Source: Mobula hypostoma
Taxonomy: Eukaryota
Direction of reading: 5' to 3'
DNA length: 64,000 nt
Assembly (NCBI RefSeq): GCF_963921235.1
Contig: NC_086097.1
Span: 70,372,001 to 70,436,000, forward strand
Under the pieces are notes generated by a model. That model was not told the DNA's origin, did no database searches, and saw nothing but the letters and a program-made list of their open reading frames with translations. Position numbers and translations under genes: made by a program. This document shows, in pieces, positions 48,783-60,839 of this stretch. Positions within the stretch are counted from its first letter, which is position 1; each line of letters starts with the position of its first letter.

Positions 48783-51311
48783 ATGTCAGGAGTAGAAGAA
48801 CAGCTATGTACAGTAGTTGTGTACAGGCCACCTAACAGTAGTAGTGAGGTCGGAGATGGTATTAAACAGGAAATTAGAAATGTGTGCAATAAAGGAACAG
48901 CAGTTATAATGGGGGACTTCAATCTACATGTAGACTGGGTGAACCAAATTGGTAAAGGTGCTGAGGAAGAGGATTTCTTGGAATGTATGCGGGATGGTTT
49001 TTTGAACCAACATGTCGAGGAACCAACTAGAGAGCAGGCTATTCTGGACTGGGTTTTGAGCAAGGAGGAAGGGTTAATTAGCGATCTTGTCGTGAGAGGC
49101 CCCTTGGGTAAGAGTGACCATAATATGGTGGAATTCTTCATTAAGATGGAGAGTGACATAGTTAATTCAGAAACAAAGGTTCTGAACTTAAAGAGGGGTA
49201 ACTTTGAAGGTATGAGACGTGAATTAGCTAAGATAGACTGGCAAATGACACTTAAAGGATTGACGGTGGATATGCAATGGCAAGCATTTAAAGGTTGCAT
49301 GGATGAACTACAACAATTGTTCATCCCAGTTTGGCAAAAGAATAAATCAAGGAAGGTAGTGCACCCGTGGCTGACAAGAGAAATTAGGGATAGTATCAAT
49401 TCCAAAGAAGAAGCATACAAATTAGCCAGAGAAAGTGGCTCACCTGAGGACTGGGAGAAATTCAGAGTTCAGCAGAGGAGGACGAAGGGCTTAATTAGGA
49501 AGGGGAAAAAAGATTATGAGAGAAAACTGGCAGGGAACATAAAAACGGACTGTAAAAGCTTTTATAGATATGTAAAAAGGAAAAGACTGGTAAAGACAAA
49601 TGTAGGTCCCCTGCAGACAGAAACAGGTGAATTGATTATGGGGAGCAAGGACATGGCAGACCAATTGAATAATTACTTTGGTTCTGTCTTCACTAAGGAG
49701 GACATAAATAATCTTCCAGAAATAGTAAGGGACAGAGGGTCCAGTGAGATGGAGGAACTGAGCGAAATACATGTTAGTAGGGAAGTGGTGTTAGGTAAAT
49801 TGAAGGGATTGAAGGCAGATAAATCCCCAGGGCCAGATGGTCTGCATCCCAGAGTGCTTAAGGAAGTAGCCCAAGAAATAGTGGATGCATTAGTGATAAT
49901 TTTTCGAAACTCGTTAGATTCTGGACTAGTTCCTGAGGATTGGAGGGTGGCTAATGTAACTCCACTTTTTAAAAAAGGAGGGAGAGAGAAACCGGGGAAT
50001 TATAGACCGGTTAGCCTAACGTCGGTGGTGGGGAAACTGCTGGAGTCAGTTATCAAGGATGTGATAACAGCACATTTGGAAAGCGGTGAAATGATCGGAC
50101 AAAGTCAGCATGGATTTGTGAAAGGAAAATCATGTCTGACGAATCTCATAGAATTTTTTGAGGATGTAACTAGTAGAGTGGATAGGGGAGAACCAGTGGA
50201 TGTGGTATATTTGGATTTTCAAAAGGCTTTTGACAAGGTCCCACACAGGAGATTAGTGTGCAAACTTAAAGCACACGGTATTGGGAGTAAGGTATTGGTG
50301 TGGGTGGAGAATTGGTTAGCAGACAGGAAGCAAAGAGTGGGAATAAACGGGACCTTTTCAGAATGGCAGGCGGTGACTAGTGGGGTTCCGCAAGGCTTAG
50401 TGCTGGGACCCCAGTTGTTTACAATATATATTAATGACTTGGATGAGGGAATTAAATGCAGCATCTCCAAGTTTGCAGATGACACGAAGTTGGGTGGCAG
50501 TGTTAGCTGTGAGGAGGATGCTAAGAGGATGCAGGGTGACTTGGATAGGTTGGGTGAGTGGGCAAATTCATGGCAGATGCAATTTAATGTGGATAAGTGT
50601 GAAGTTATCCACTTTGGTGGCAAAAATAGGAAAACAGATTATCATCTGAATGGTGGCCGATTAGGAAAAGGGGAGGTGCAACGAGACCTGGGTGTCATTA
50701 TACACCAGTCATTGAAAGTGGGCATGCAGGTACAGCAGGCGGTGAAAAAGGCGAATGGTATGCTGGCATTTATAGCGAGAGGATTCGAGTACAGGAGCAG
50801 GGAGGTACTGCTGCAGTTGTACAAGGCCTTGGTGAGACCACACCTGGAGTATTGTGTGCAGTTTTGGTCCCCTAATCTGAGGAAAGACATCTTTGCCATA
50901 GAGGGAGTACAAAGAAGGTTCACCAGATTGATTCCTGGGATGGCAGGACTTTCATATGACGAAAGAGTGGATGAACTGGGCTTGTACTCGTTGGAGTTTA
51001 GAAGATTGAGGGGGGATCTGATTGAAACGTATAAGATCCTAAAGGGATTGGACAGGCTAGATGCAGGAAGATTGTTCCCGATGTTGGGGAAGTCCAGAAC
51101 GAGGGGCCACAGTTTGAGGATAGAGGGGAAGCCTTTTAGGACCGAGATTAGGAAAAACTTCTTCACACAGAGAGTGGTGAATCTGTGGAATTCTCTGCCA
51201 CAGGAAACTGTTGAGGCCAGTTCATTGGCTATATTTAAGAGGGAGTTAGATATGGCCCTTGTGGCTACGGGGGTCAGGGAGTATGGAGGGAAGGCTGGGG
51301 CAGGGTTCTGA
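48783..51311 (+). CDS. Uninterrupted 842-aa CR1 ORF2 remnant (partial APE endonuclease plus reverse transcriptase); ATG comes from flanking DNA
   Basis: No stop or frameshift; KSPGPDG, NYRPVSLTS, YLDFQKAFDKVPH, SGVPQG, KFADD; first ~9 codons lie in antisense Rex sequence. Confidence 0.85.
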   Translation: MSGVEEQLCTVVVYRPPNSSSEVGDGIKQEIRNVCNKGTAVIMGDFNLHVDWVNQIGKGAEEEDFLECMRDGFLNQHVEEPTREQAILDWVLSKEEGLISDLVVRGPLGKSDHNMVEFFIKMESDIVNSETKVLNLKRGNFEGMRRELAKIDWQMTLKGLTVDMQWQAFKGCMDELQQLFIPVWQKNKSRKVVHPWLTREIRDSINSKEEAYKLARESGSPEDWEKFRVQQRRTKGLIRKGKKDYERKLAGNIKTDCKSFYRYVKRKRLVKTNVGPLQTETGELIMGSKDMADQLNNYFGSVFTKEDINNLPEIVRDRGSSEMEELSEIHVSREVVLGKLKGLKADKSPGPDGLHPRVLKEVAQEIVDALVIIFRNSLDSGLVPEDWRVANVTPLFKKGGREKPGNYRPVSLTSVVGKLLESVIKDVITAHLESGEMIGQSQHGFVKGKSCLTNLIEFFEDVTSRVDRGEPVDVVYLDFQKAFDKVPHRRLVCKLKAHGIGSKVLVWVENWLADRKQRVGINGTFSEWQAVTSGVPQGLVLGPQLFTIYINDLDEGIKCSISKFADDTKLGGSVSCEEDAKRMQGDLDRLGEWANSWQMQFNVDKCEVIHFGGKNRKTDYHLNGGRLGKGEVQRDLGVIIHQSLKVGMQVQQAVKKANGMLAFIARGFEYRSREVLLQLYKALVRPHLEYCVQFWSPNLRKDIFAIEGVQRRFTRLIPGMAGLSYDERVDELGLYSLEFRRLRGDLIETYKILKGLDRLDAGRLFPMLGKSRTRGHSLRIEGKPFRTEIRKNFFTQRVVNLWNSLPQETVEASSLAIFKRELDMALVATGVREYGGKAGAGF

Positions 51312-51403
51312 GTTGGATGATCAGCCATGCTCATAATAAATGGCGGTGCAGGCTCAAAGGGCCAAATGGCCTACTCCTGCACCTATTTTCTATGTTTCTA
51401 TGT
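48810..51403 (+). mobile_element. CR1 LINE copy B, truncated within the endonuclease
   Basis: Starts at VVYRPP; GDFN, ILD.VL, SDH, full RT, 3' UTR and (TTTCTATG)n tail; CTATGT duplicated at 48804-48809 and 51398-51403. Confidence 0.97.
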
Positions 51404-52454
51404 GATTGAACTTTCCAAAATGCAGGCATGGGGCAGTGGTCAAGTGTGTTAACTCCTGTGGTTCCACAGGTAACATGTTGGTGGTTCTTCGAGCTGGCCT
51501 GGTTGAAACCACCCACAACGATAGGGAAGGCATCAGGGTGTGCTGCTTCAGGACTGCTGATTGTGGTATTGAGCTTCTCCAGTACTGTGTGAGATTGGCC
51601 TGAGGTGGAACGTACACCACTACCAGGACCACGGCAGCAAACTCCCTCAGCAAATAAAATGAGTGATGCTTGACTGCTAGATGTTCTGGGTTGCATGGGC
51701 AAGATTGAGTCAGAACTGCCAAATCTGTGCACCACGATGAGTTAATCATGAAGCATTCTCTGCCTCCTCTACCTTTGAGAGACTCTGTTGTCCTATCTAT
51801 CTGGCGGATGGTATCTCATGGAAATTGCCATAGCTGTAAGTAGAGCAAGTGCCATATCACCTCTTGTGATGTATCTCTGTCTCTGAAGTTGGAGCTGGAG
51901 GTAATTCCAGCATTTCACAGCCAGCCATCAGATTTTGCACATGGGATGTCATTGACACTCTCTACTTATGGAAAGTGCACTTTATTTGATTCTTTCTTGC
52001 CGGAATCCAGATGTAGAGGAACCGCATGGTGTTGGAACGTGCCAATGAGTGTATGTACATTGCTCTATGGGTCCATTAATGTCCAGCAAGCATGTGTCTG
52101 TAGGCAATGAATCAACATGGAGTACCAGCACTGTATGTGTGACACTTTTTTCCATGACGGTCTAAGATGCTAATTTCACTTGAGCCAAATAAAAGGGTGT
52201 CTGCTGGACTATGATGTCTGTCCGCTGATGAGATACACTCAGAATCAGTTAAGAACTGTATATTAATGGTTAATATACATTCAAGAAATGTAGATTAACA
52301 ATTATAAGAAGTCCCAATTCCTAAAGGCGCAAATGTTGGAAAACATTTCAAAGGTCAAAGATTCATTTATTATCAAAGTATACAAGTCTGAAATTTTTCA
52401 ACTTGTCCGGGTAGTCATGAAACCAAGAAAGAAAAGAAAAGAAAGGCAACATGA

Positions 52455-52650
52455 TCGTCAACCCCCAAATCCCACCTCCCTGCAAAAAAAAAGAACAAAA
52501 ATAACTGAACTCCCCAAATCCCTCCTCTCGAACAAAAAAGCAAACAAAATGGGTTAGGCACATCAGCCCCCAAATCCCTCCCTCTGCACAAAAAATGAAC
52601 GCAATGGTTCAGGCACATTAAACACCACCACCACCCCCAAATCCCTCCTC
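52455..52650. repeat. Degenerate tandem repeat, four units of ~50-65 bp
   Basis: CCCCAAATCCC recurs at ~52463, 52512, 52567 and 52635, the first three followed by an A-run. Confidence 0.7.
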
Positions 52651-52679
52651 ATCTACAAAACTGATCTTAAAAGTATTTA

Positions 52680-52820
52680 AGAACACAAGAAAGTCTGTAG
52701 ATGCTGGAAATCCAAAGCAACATATACAAAATGCTGTGCCTGGGACATTGACTGTTTGTTCATTTCTGTGGCTGCTGTCTGATCGGCTGAGTTCCTCCAG
52801 CATTGTGTGTGTGTGTTGCT
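52680..52820. mobile_element. Short fold-back Penelope-derived element
   Basis: AGCAACATATACAAAATGCTG ... CAGCATTGTGTGTGTGTGTTGCT inverted ends. Confidence 0.7.
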
Positions 52821-53687
52821 TAAAATACTTACGTAAGCTCAACTAATTGAAAAAGTTGTATATATCACGTCTCTCACAAGCACTATTCCAGGGGGTCTAG
52901 AACTTAGTGGCAGTTCCCTGTGACATTCTGGGCTATAAAATGTAGCAATAAAAAATCTTGGGAATTCTCAGCTGGGGGAGCATCTGAGGAATGAGAAGAG
53001 GAGTTCATGTTTAAAGTTAATGATCTTTCACTGCAAATGGAAAATGTCAAATAAAATGAGGGTTAAGTTGGTGTTAGGCTGATGCGTGTGGGTTGAAAAG
53101 GTAGAGGAAACAGCAGTGATAGGCTGCATTTGAATATAATACCATAAACATTTACTGAGCAATCAGCTACTGCTTCTTAATTAGGAAATGGATTTTATTT
53201 CAAATTAATTTTCAATAATTTAATTCCTTAATTCACATTCTTTGGATTAACTGTAATTTTAAATGTTTATGGGATATAAATCCATTAACATCAAAGTTCA
53301 CTAATACTTAAACATATTAAACAATATTTTAAAAATCTATGGTTTATTAAACATCACGGTATTTTAAAATGCTTCCTGTATGTGATGCTGGTTTACAATA
53401 TGTAATGTGATGGTTGTTAATCAAATGTTGCTTGAGCATTTATTAGTTATTTATCAGTTGGAATAGTTATTCTTGACAGAATCTATGGTCCTGTAATTAA
53501 AGATTTCCTTCAGTCTGAGCATGTGCAGTGGTCCTGTTTCCAGGATGCATCAATAACAGTTTGCAAGACCTGTGGAAAATTGTGTTTCTCAAATACTGCA
53601 TAATTTTAGAACATTTTCAAATTTATTTCAGGAGTGTTCCAGGCAATGATTCTATTCAGTGGGTAATGAGTATTGCAAAACGGCAGT

Positions 53688-55322
53688 AACGTACACAAAA
53701 TGCTGGAGGAATTCAGCAAGTCAGGCGGCATCTATGGAGAGGAATAAACAGACGACATTTTGAGCCAAGACACTTCATCAGGGACTGGAAAGGAAGAGGG
53801 TGGAAGCCAGAATAAGAAAGTGGGGTGGGGGAAAGAGTACAGGCTGGCAGGTGATAAGTGAAATCAGATGAGGGTGATGGTGGGTGTAAAGGCATGAAAT
53901 AAGAATCTAGGAGCTGAGAGATGGAAGAGGTAAAAAACTGAAGAAAAATGAATCTAATAGGACAGTGAATCATGAAAGAAGCGAAGGAGGAAGGGGACCA
54001 GAGGGAGGTGAGGAGAAGAAAAGGGGTGAGACATAAATCAGAATGGGGAACGTAAAAAAAAAGGTGGAAGAAATTACAAGAATTAAGAGAAATCGATGTT
54101 CGGGCCATTAGATTTGGAGGATACCCAGACAGAACATGTTGTTCCTGAACTCTGAGTTTAGCCTATTCATGACTTTTCATTCTAGAACATTTGAAATGCC
54201 CTCTTTTTTCTCAAAGTAGGAAGTGTGAGGTTGGGAGTGGAGAATTTACCGGAGAAATCGATGTTCATGCCGTCAGGTTGGAGGCTACCCAGGTGTAATA
54301 TGAGGTGTTGCTCCTCCAACCTGAGTTTGGTCTCATCATAGTAGGATAGGAGGACATGGATAGACATATCAGAATGAGAAAGGAAGTCAAATTGAGATAG
54401 GTAGCTATTGGGTGATCCCGTCTTTTGTGGTGGACAGAGTGAAAATTCTCGATAAAACCTTGGGTTTCTCTAGTGTAGAGGAGCCTGCACCAGGAGCATT
54501 ATATATAGTAGATAACCCCAATGGATTCAGAGTTGAAGTGTCACCTCATCTTAGGACTTGTGGGGCTCTGAATGGTGGTGAGGGAGGAGGTGCAGGGGCT
54601 GATGTAGCACGTCACACTTGCAGGAATGTGTCAGGAGGGAGGTCAATGGGGAGGGACGTGTGGACAAGGAAGTCCCACAGAATGCAATTACGACAGAACG
54701 TTCGGGTGGCGGGGTGGTTGTCGGGAGGATGAGGTGAAGGCAGATGAACAGGAAAAAGAAGATATGGGTGAGGGCAGTACCAATGGGTGGAAGGGAAACC
54801 CAATCATATGAAAAAAGACAACTTCTCATATGTTCTGGAATGAAAAGCCACGATGAAGCTAAACTCAGGGCTTAGGAACAACACCTCAAATTTAGAATGG
54901 TTAGCCTCCAAGCTGATGGTGGTTATGCTCTCACCTCTTTTCTTTTCCTCACCTGCCCTTCACCTCCCTCTGGCTCCCAAGAATTCCTATCTTCCATGGT
55001 CCATTGTCCTCTCTTATTAGATTAATTCTTCTTCAGCCATTCCACCTTTTCCCTCCCCACCCACCCACTTTCCCCCTCACCTGATTTCACCTATCCCCTA
55101 CCAGCTTGTACACCTTCCCCACACCTCCCCCACACCTCCCCCACACCTCTCCCATCTTCTTCCGCTGAATTCTGCCCCTTTTCTTTCCATGCCTGATAAA
55201 GATTTCAGCCTGAAACATTAACTGTTTACATCCCCACATGATACTGTCTGACCTGCTGAGTTCTTCCAGCATTTTGTGTGTGTTGCTCACTGTTGTTTCA
55301 GCATTTACAGAATCTCCTGCAT
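53688..55322. mobile_element. Cluster of older Penelope-like fragments (minus arms ~53688-54870, plus arm ~54870-55322)
   Basis: ORF 54182-54367 KLRLEEQHLILHLGSLQPDGMNIDFS; common terminus at both outer ends. Confidence 0.8.
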
Positions 55323-55381
55323 TTATAATTTACAAACAGGCAGTCTGTTGGAGATTAAGGGTAAATGTACAGGATAATGTA

Positions 55382-56914
55382 CAAGAAATAGTGGATGCAT
55401 TAGTGATAATTTTTCAAAACTCGTTAGATTCTGGACTAGTTCCTGAGGATTGGAGGGTGGCTAATGTAACTCCACTTTTTAAAAAAGGAGGGAGAGAGAA
55501 ACTGGGGAATTATAGACCGGTTAGCCTAACGTCGGTGGTGGGGAAACTGCTGGAGTCAGTTATCAAGGATGTGATAACAGCACATTTGGAAAGCGGTGAA
55601 ATGATCGGACAAAGTCAGCATGGATTTGTGAAAGGAAAATCATGTCTGACGAATCTCATAGAATTTTTTGAGGATGTAACTAGTAGAGTGGATAGGGGAG
55701 AACCAGTGGATGTGGTATATTTGGATTTTCAAAAGGCTTTTGACAAGGTCCCACACAGGAGATTAGTGTGCAAACTTAAAGCACACGGTATTGGGGGTAA
55801 GGTATTGGTGTGGGTGGAGAATTGGTTAGCAGACAGGAAGCAAAGAGTGGGAATAAACGGGACCTTTTCAGAATGGCAGGCGGTGACTAGTGGGGTACCG
55901 CAAGGCTCAGTGCTGGGACCCCAGTTGTTTACAATATATATTAATGACTTGGATGAGGAAATTAAATGCAGCATCTCCAAGTTTGCAGATGACACGAAGT
56001 TGGGCGGCAGTGTTAGCTGTGAGGAGGATGCTAAGAGGATGCAGGGTGACTTGGATAGGTTGGGTGAGTGGGCAAATTCATGGCAGATGCAATTTAATGT
56101 GGATAAATGTGAAGTTATCCACTTTGGTGGCAAAAATAGGAAAACAGATTATTATCTGAATGGTGGCCGATTAGGAAAAGGGGAGGTGCAACGAGACCTG
56201 GGTGTCATTATACACCAGTCATTGAAAGTGGGCATGCAGGTACAGCAGGCGGTGAAAAAGGCGAATGGTATGCTGGCATTTATAGCGAGAGGATTCGAGT
56301 ACAGGAGCAGGGAGGTACTACTGCAGTTGTACAAGGCCTTGGTGAGACCACACCTGGATTATTGTGTGCAGTTTTGGTCCCCTAATCTGAGGAAAGACAT
56401 CCTTGCCATAGAGGGAGTACAAAGAAGGTTCACCAGATTGATTCCTGGGATGGCAGGACTTTCATATGAAGAAAGACTGGATGAACTGGGCTTGTACTCG
56501 TTGGAATTTAGAAGATTGAGGGGGGATCTGATTGAAACGTATAAGATCCTAAAGGGATTGGACAGGCTAGATGCAGGAAGATTGTTCCCAATGTTGGGGA
56601 AGTCCAGAACGAGGGGCCACAGTTTGAGGATAGAGGGGAAGCCTTTTAGGACCGAGATGAGGAAAAACTTCTTCACACAGAGAGTGGTGAATCTGTGGAA
56701 TTCTCTGCCACAGGAAACTGTTGAGGCCAGTTCATTGGCTATATTTAAGAGGGAGTTAGATATGGCCCTTGTGGCTACGGGGGTCAGAGGGTATGGAGGG
56801 AAGGCTGGGGCGGGGTTCTGAGTTGGATGATCAGCCATGATCATAATAAATGGCGGTGCAGGTTCGAAGGGCCGAATGGCCTACTCCTGCACCTATTTTC
56901 TATGTTTCTATGTT
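55382..56914 (+). mobile_element. CR1 LINE copy C, 5'-truncated, RT frame intact
   Basis: QEIVDALVIIF to the stop at 56821 without interruption; nearly identical to 49872-51403; (TTTCTATG)n tail. Confidence 0.97.
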
Positions 56915-57205
56915 TATATAACGATAATTTCACAAGTGATGGGATATCCCTCACATTGCGTTGCTGCCCAGGAATAATTGGCTCTCCTAACCTGGATTCT
57001 GAGTACAGTCTCTGTATCATTGTGTCTAAGAATTTCATTGATATTGCTGTAAGCATAGAAAATTGCACCCAGGTAAAACCCGAGACAAAAGCTCTCAGCT
57101 AAATTACAATGTTACAGTGTTAGAGTACCATTATATATTAGAATGTTACTATGTGATGCTTACCAGTTGTTAAAGGTACCCTCTCCGCTCATATACATGT
57201 GCGCG

Positions 57206-57208
<3 letters not shown>

Positions 57209-57252
<44 letters not shown>
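57209..57252. repeat. (AC)n microsatellite
   Basis: About 22 perfect dinucleotide units. Confidence 0.97.
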
Positions 57253-57256
<4 letters not shown>

Positions 57257-58551
57257 TTACACTTGGCCTGCTTCCTCCTTAAAAGGAGGAACATTTTTTA
57301 ATCAATGGATCATTTTTTCATATGAGGTAAACAAATGGTTAATTGGTTATATTAGGTCACAATTAAAAATGCAGCCATTTATGAATTCACATAATCTCTT
57401 GATTATATTGTTGATTGACTCTAAATTGTCGACTGTTCGTCACCTCGCTGTTGGCCATTCAGCAGGTCTCATCTTAATTTGAGCTATTCAATCCTATCCA
57501 CGTCTGTGATCGGCTGTGCATGTCAACTGTCCATGACCATGAGAGGCACCCAGAGTCTCTACCAGCCAAATGAAAGTTCATTTCATGATGGTTGTGAGGA
57601 TCTTACTTGAGTAAGCATTCAATGCCGGCTTGCTCCATCTCAGTGGAAGGTGATGGAGATATTTTGAAAGCATGACTGATATTTTTGCATTAGAGTGCTG
57701 ATGAGCATATTCATGGTTACTTCTTCAATCAGCAGTCACCTCAGTGTGTGATCTTCTCATTTCTTCTGCATCTTCTGACTCCAGAATATGTTCGTTATTC
57801 CCATGTGTCTGGTTTCTTGTTTCCCTGCTTCTGGTGCACATTGACACTACCATTTCTATATGCTGCTGCTTTCTCTGAAACCTCTGCACATGGTGCTCTA
57901 CCTGTTCCAAATTAGCATTGCACCATCTTGAACAGACATTCTGAGTCTGGGTGGCTCCCATTAGATACCCCAAATGTCTTCTCCTTCTTTCCTTCACTCG
58001 ATCTCGTAGTTTTCCACCAAACCATGTGACAGTGCAGATGAAGACGTCACATCATTACTGTTCTCTGGACTTGTCCCATGTTTGCCTCTCAGAATTAGGT
58101 CCTGAGTGAGACTTCCTCCCATTTGTAACTGCCTTCTCCATGCTGATACTGTGAACAATATATTAAACAATATTGTCTGAATTCCTTCACCGGTCATTCA
58201 ATACAATATTCAATATCACAATGCCTAACCTAAAAGAGTCTGAAATTGTAGATCTTTATCAATGTCTGTAACCCAGATACGTGTTTTCTCTGGTTGCGCA
58301 TCCACAATTCATAATTCAAAAATCTCCACTGCTATCAGATCATACCATCTCTTCCAGTCCTGCACTGTATCCTTGGCAGCAGTTCATGGAGTTCACAGAA
58401 TTACAAATGCTACCAATATCTCCAATCTTTCTTCTTCTTAGACAGACGCTTGGAATTAAAGATAACTTAACCAGTTTTGTTGGTTCTGAGGTCAGCGTAC
58501 TGTAGGACTGTAGTTGGGGTAGGTAGTGTTCAATAAGAAGGAATGGGAGAA

Positions 58552-59465
58552 TTCAAATTCAAGTTTATTATCATTTCAACTGTATACATGTATACCACAA
58601 AATAAAACAATGTTCCTTCTAAACAAGAAGCACAACAGAGTCTGCCTGAGTCTGTGGCCTGCATCAGTCAGAGTCGACCATGGATATTGCGTCCTAGCTG
58701 TCTAGATACACAAGCCAGGGCAGTACGATATGGAGAGCAAGCTGTGGTCCATGTAATAAGCTCCCCCTCTCCACACATCTGATGAACCCAAAGGAACAGC
58801 AGAAACCAATACAATTTGGTTCCAGAAGCATTGCAGGAGTTGCCAGTCAGCATTGAACTCAATGTAGGACTGCCGTTGGGACTCCAGCTCCGGATTTTTC
58901 CCTTGGGGTTTACTCCTGAAGCCTTTTTGCTGAATGGGTATAGCCACAAGGCAACAGAAGTTGGAGATCAGAGTTTTCTTTCTCCTAGATGAGCTGCAAA
59001 CCATGGCTGACGCAACCCATCTGCCTGAAGTGACTGGCTATAAGGCGCACGATAGAGTGCCTATACAGTTATTAAAGCACAACACAAAAAATAGTATTAC
59101 CACAAATAAATTAACAAATAATGTGCAATTATGACACAAGTTAAAAAGTAAACATTATAATGCTCTAGGTTCTTCACACATGGTGAGACCTGGGTGGTGG
59201 AAATGAGTTCAGTAGTCTCATGGCCAGGGGAAGAAGCAGTTTCCCATCCTAACAGTCCTTATCCTAATGCAACAGTACCTCCTGCCTGATGGTAGATGAT
59301 CAAAGAGATTGTTGGATGGATGGGAGGGAACATTGACAATGCTAAAGGCCCTGCACACACAACGCTCCTGATAAATGTCTCAGATACGTGAAAGATAGAC
59401 CCCAATAATCCTCTCAGCAGTCCTCACAATCCTTTGTAGTGTCTTGCAGTCAGATGCCTTGCATC
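58552..59465 (-). mobile_element. Rex1/Babar 3' fragment interrupted at ~58665-59045
   Basis: TTCAAATTCAAGTTTATTATC tail; CCTCCTGCCTGATGGTAG; CTCAGCAGTCCTCACAATCC. Confidence 0.7.
58665..59045 (-). mobile_element. Interspersed repeat sharing its end with the SINE at 29.6 kb (possibly RTE-related)
   Basis: About 170 bp colinear with 29561-29727 (GACCATGGAT, CTCCCCTCTCCACAC, CCAA.GGAA..GCA, ATACA..TTGG); family and strand assignments are inferred. Confidence 0.5.
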
Positions 59466-60839
59466 TGGTAGTGCATGATGGGAGTGAGTAATTTGTGTGC
59501 TCACACAAGGCCTCTGCTGTGCACTCCAATATGCAGATTCAGTTCTCAGTACCATCCAGAATTACACAGTGACTCTCAATAGAACTGCAGTCTCCAGACA
59601 CAATAATATATTACACTCATACTGTGTGACAGAAACCAATTTTTCATGATATCCTGCTCAGATATAGGGGTAACATTGTCTGGTCTAATTGCTTTCAAAT
59701 TCAGAAGAAGAAAAGGTAGATGGCAAAAGAGCAAAAAAAAACCAAGAAAAATAAGAGATTTCAAAATAAGGCAGAGAAACAAAACAGTGCGCAAAATTAA
59801 TGTTAATAAACAAAGGATGGAGTGCAATAAACAGGAAGATTACAAAGGTAACCGGGATGGAGAGACAGAGAGACAGAAAATTGGTAGGAAGAAACTGTGA
59901 CAGATCCATTTATTTGGAGGAAGTAGATCTATTACGTCTATCCATAATAGTCTTCTCCCTCCATTTCAGATTCTCTTTCAACCCAAAGCTTCACTCGCAT
60001 CTTATCACCATTTCACTGCACCTCTATTGCTTCCCATCGACACCCTGCAACTTACCGAATGCATTTCATGATATTGTCTATACCTTGAGTACTGTATTGA
60101 AGTGACTCATTATTTCGGTTCAGCAAAAAAATTCTGAGGAACAACGTGGAGTGTCTGCAAATGACGAAAAATGACAAATGATTGGGTTTTAGGAGTAAAG
60201 TTAAAAATAAAAAATATACACTGTGGAACTACATTTAGAGTTTCTCTTTTTTGTACCGTCACTTGGTATAATATTGCAAGTCTGTTCTAATACAAGTCAG
60301 TGGATGTAGTTCTCTAAACAATAGCCACTGTACTAATGGGACACGGTGTTACTTTGAGGAAAATAATAAGGAGGAACAGAGCTGTCAATTGCCCATAGCT
60401 TCAAACAGGGACAAACAAAGCAACTGCTCCATTGATAATGATGACATTTAATGGCATTCAAGTCCTATTAATGTCTTTCACTTCTGGAAAGAATTTGCTG
60501 CATACAAATGATGTTAACACTCATCAGAATTCCACATAGACAGAAGAATTTGTATTAAGTATAATGTAATTCAGAGGAACTGAGACAAAGGAACCTAAAA
60601 ATTTATAAAGAGCCGGAATATGCAAGATGTCCAGACAAGAAAGCATTAACAGAGTTAATTATTGGGAAACGTTAAACTGTTTACCAATACTCAAAATAAC
60701 GCAGTCCCCACGAATTGAACCACGTCATGCAGGATTCCATCAATGCTATCAACCTCTGGGGAAATTTTTACTGAAGAAATGTGTTTTAGTTAGGGGTGAT
60801 ATGAAAAATTAAAATAAACGCAATTCTATTCCCCATCTT

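Larger units (their letters stand above)
47020..51800 (-). mobile_element. Decayed Rex1/Babar LINE split by CR1 copy B (pieces ~47020-48809 and ~51404-51800)
   Basis: [26 protein letters not shown] and LQDCFESVDW in the left piece; endonuclease motifs VYVPPQA, IVVGGFNQA and TLDHC in the right piece. Confidence 0.88.

Noticed and set aside
50219..51334. Long antisense ORFs repeated at 11.0, 50.2-51.3 and 55.7-56.8 kb
   Set aside because: Shadows of the CR1 coding strand; they recur only because the element is repeated
52225..52250. CTGATGAG motif / possible C-D box pair
   Set aside because: No GAAA partner for a hammerhead and the spacing is too short for a snoRNA
52455..52650. Repeat-spacer pattern resembling a CRISPR array
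   Set aside because: Units are degenerate with related, A-rich spacers, in a eukaryotic context with no cas genes
55238..56821. 527-aa ORF with a novel hydrophobic N-terminus on an RT
   Set aside because: The first ~48 codons are PLE terminus and flanking DNA fortuitously in frame with a truncated CR1
57725..57997. 90-aa minus-strand ORF
   Set aside because: No recognisable domain, non-ATG start, purine-rich composition that is poor in stops
58778..58825. CTGATGA...GAAAC hammerhead-like motif
   Set aside because: No stem I or stem II pairing, and the related sequence at 29.67 kb lacks the core
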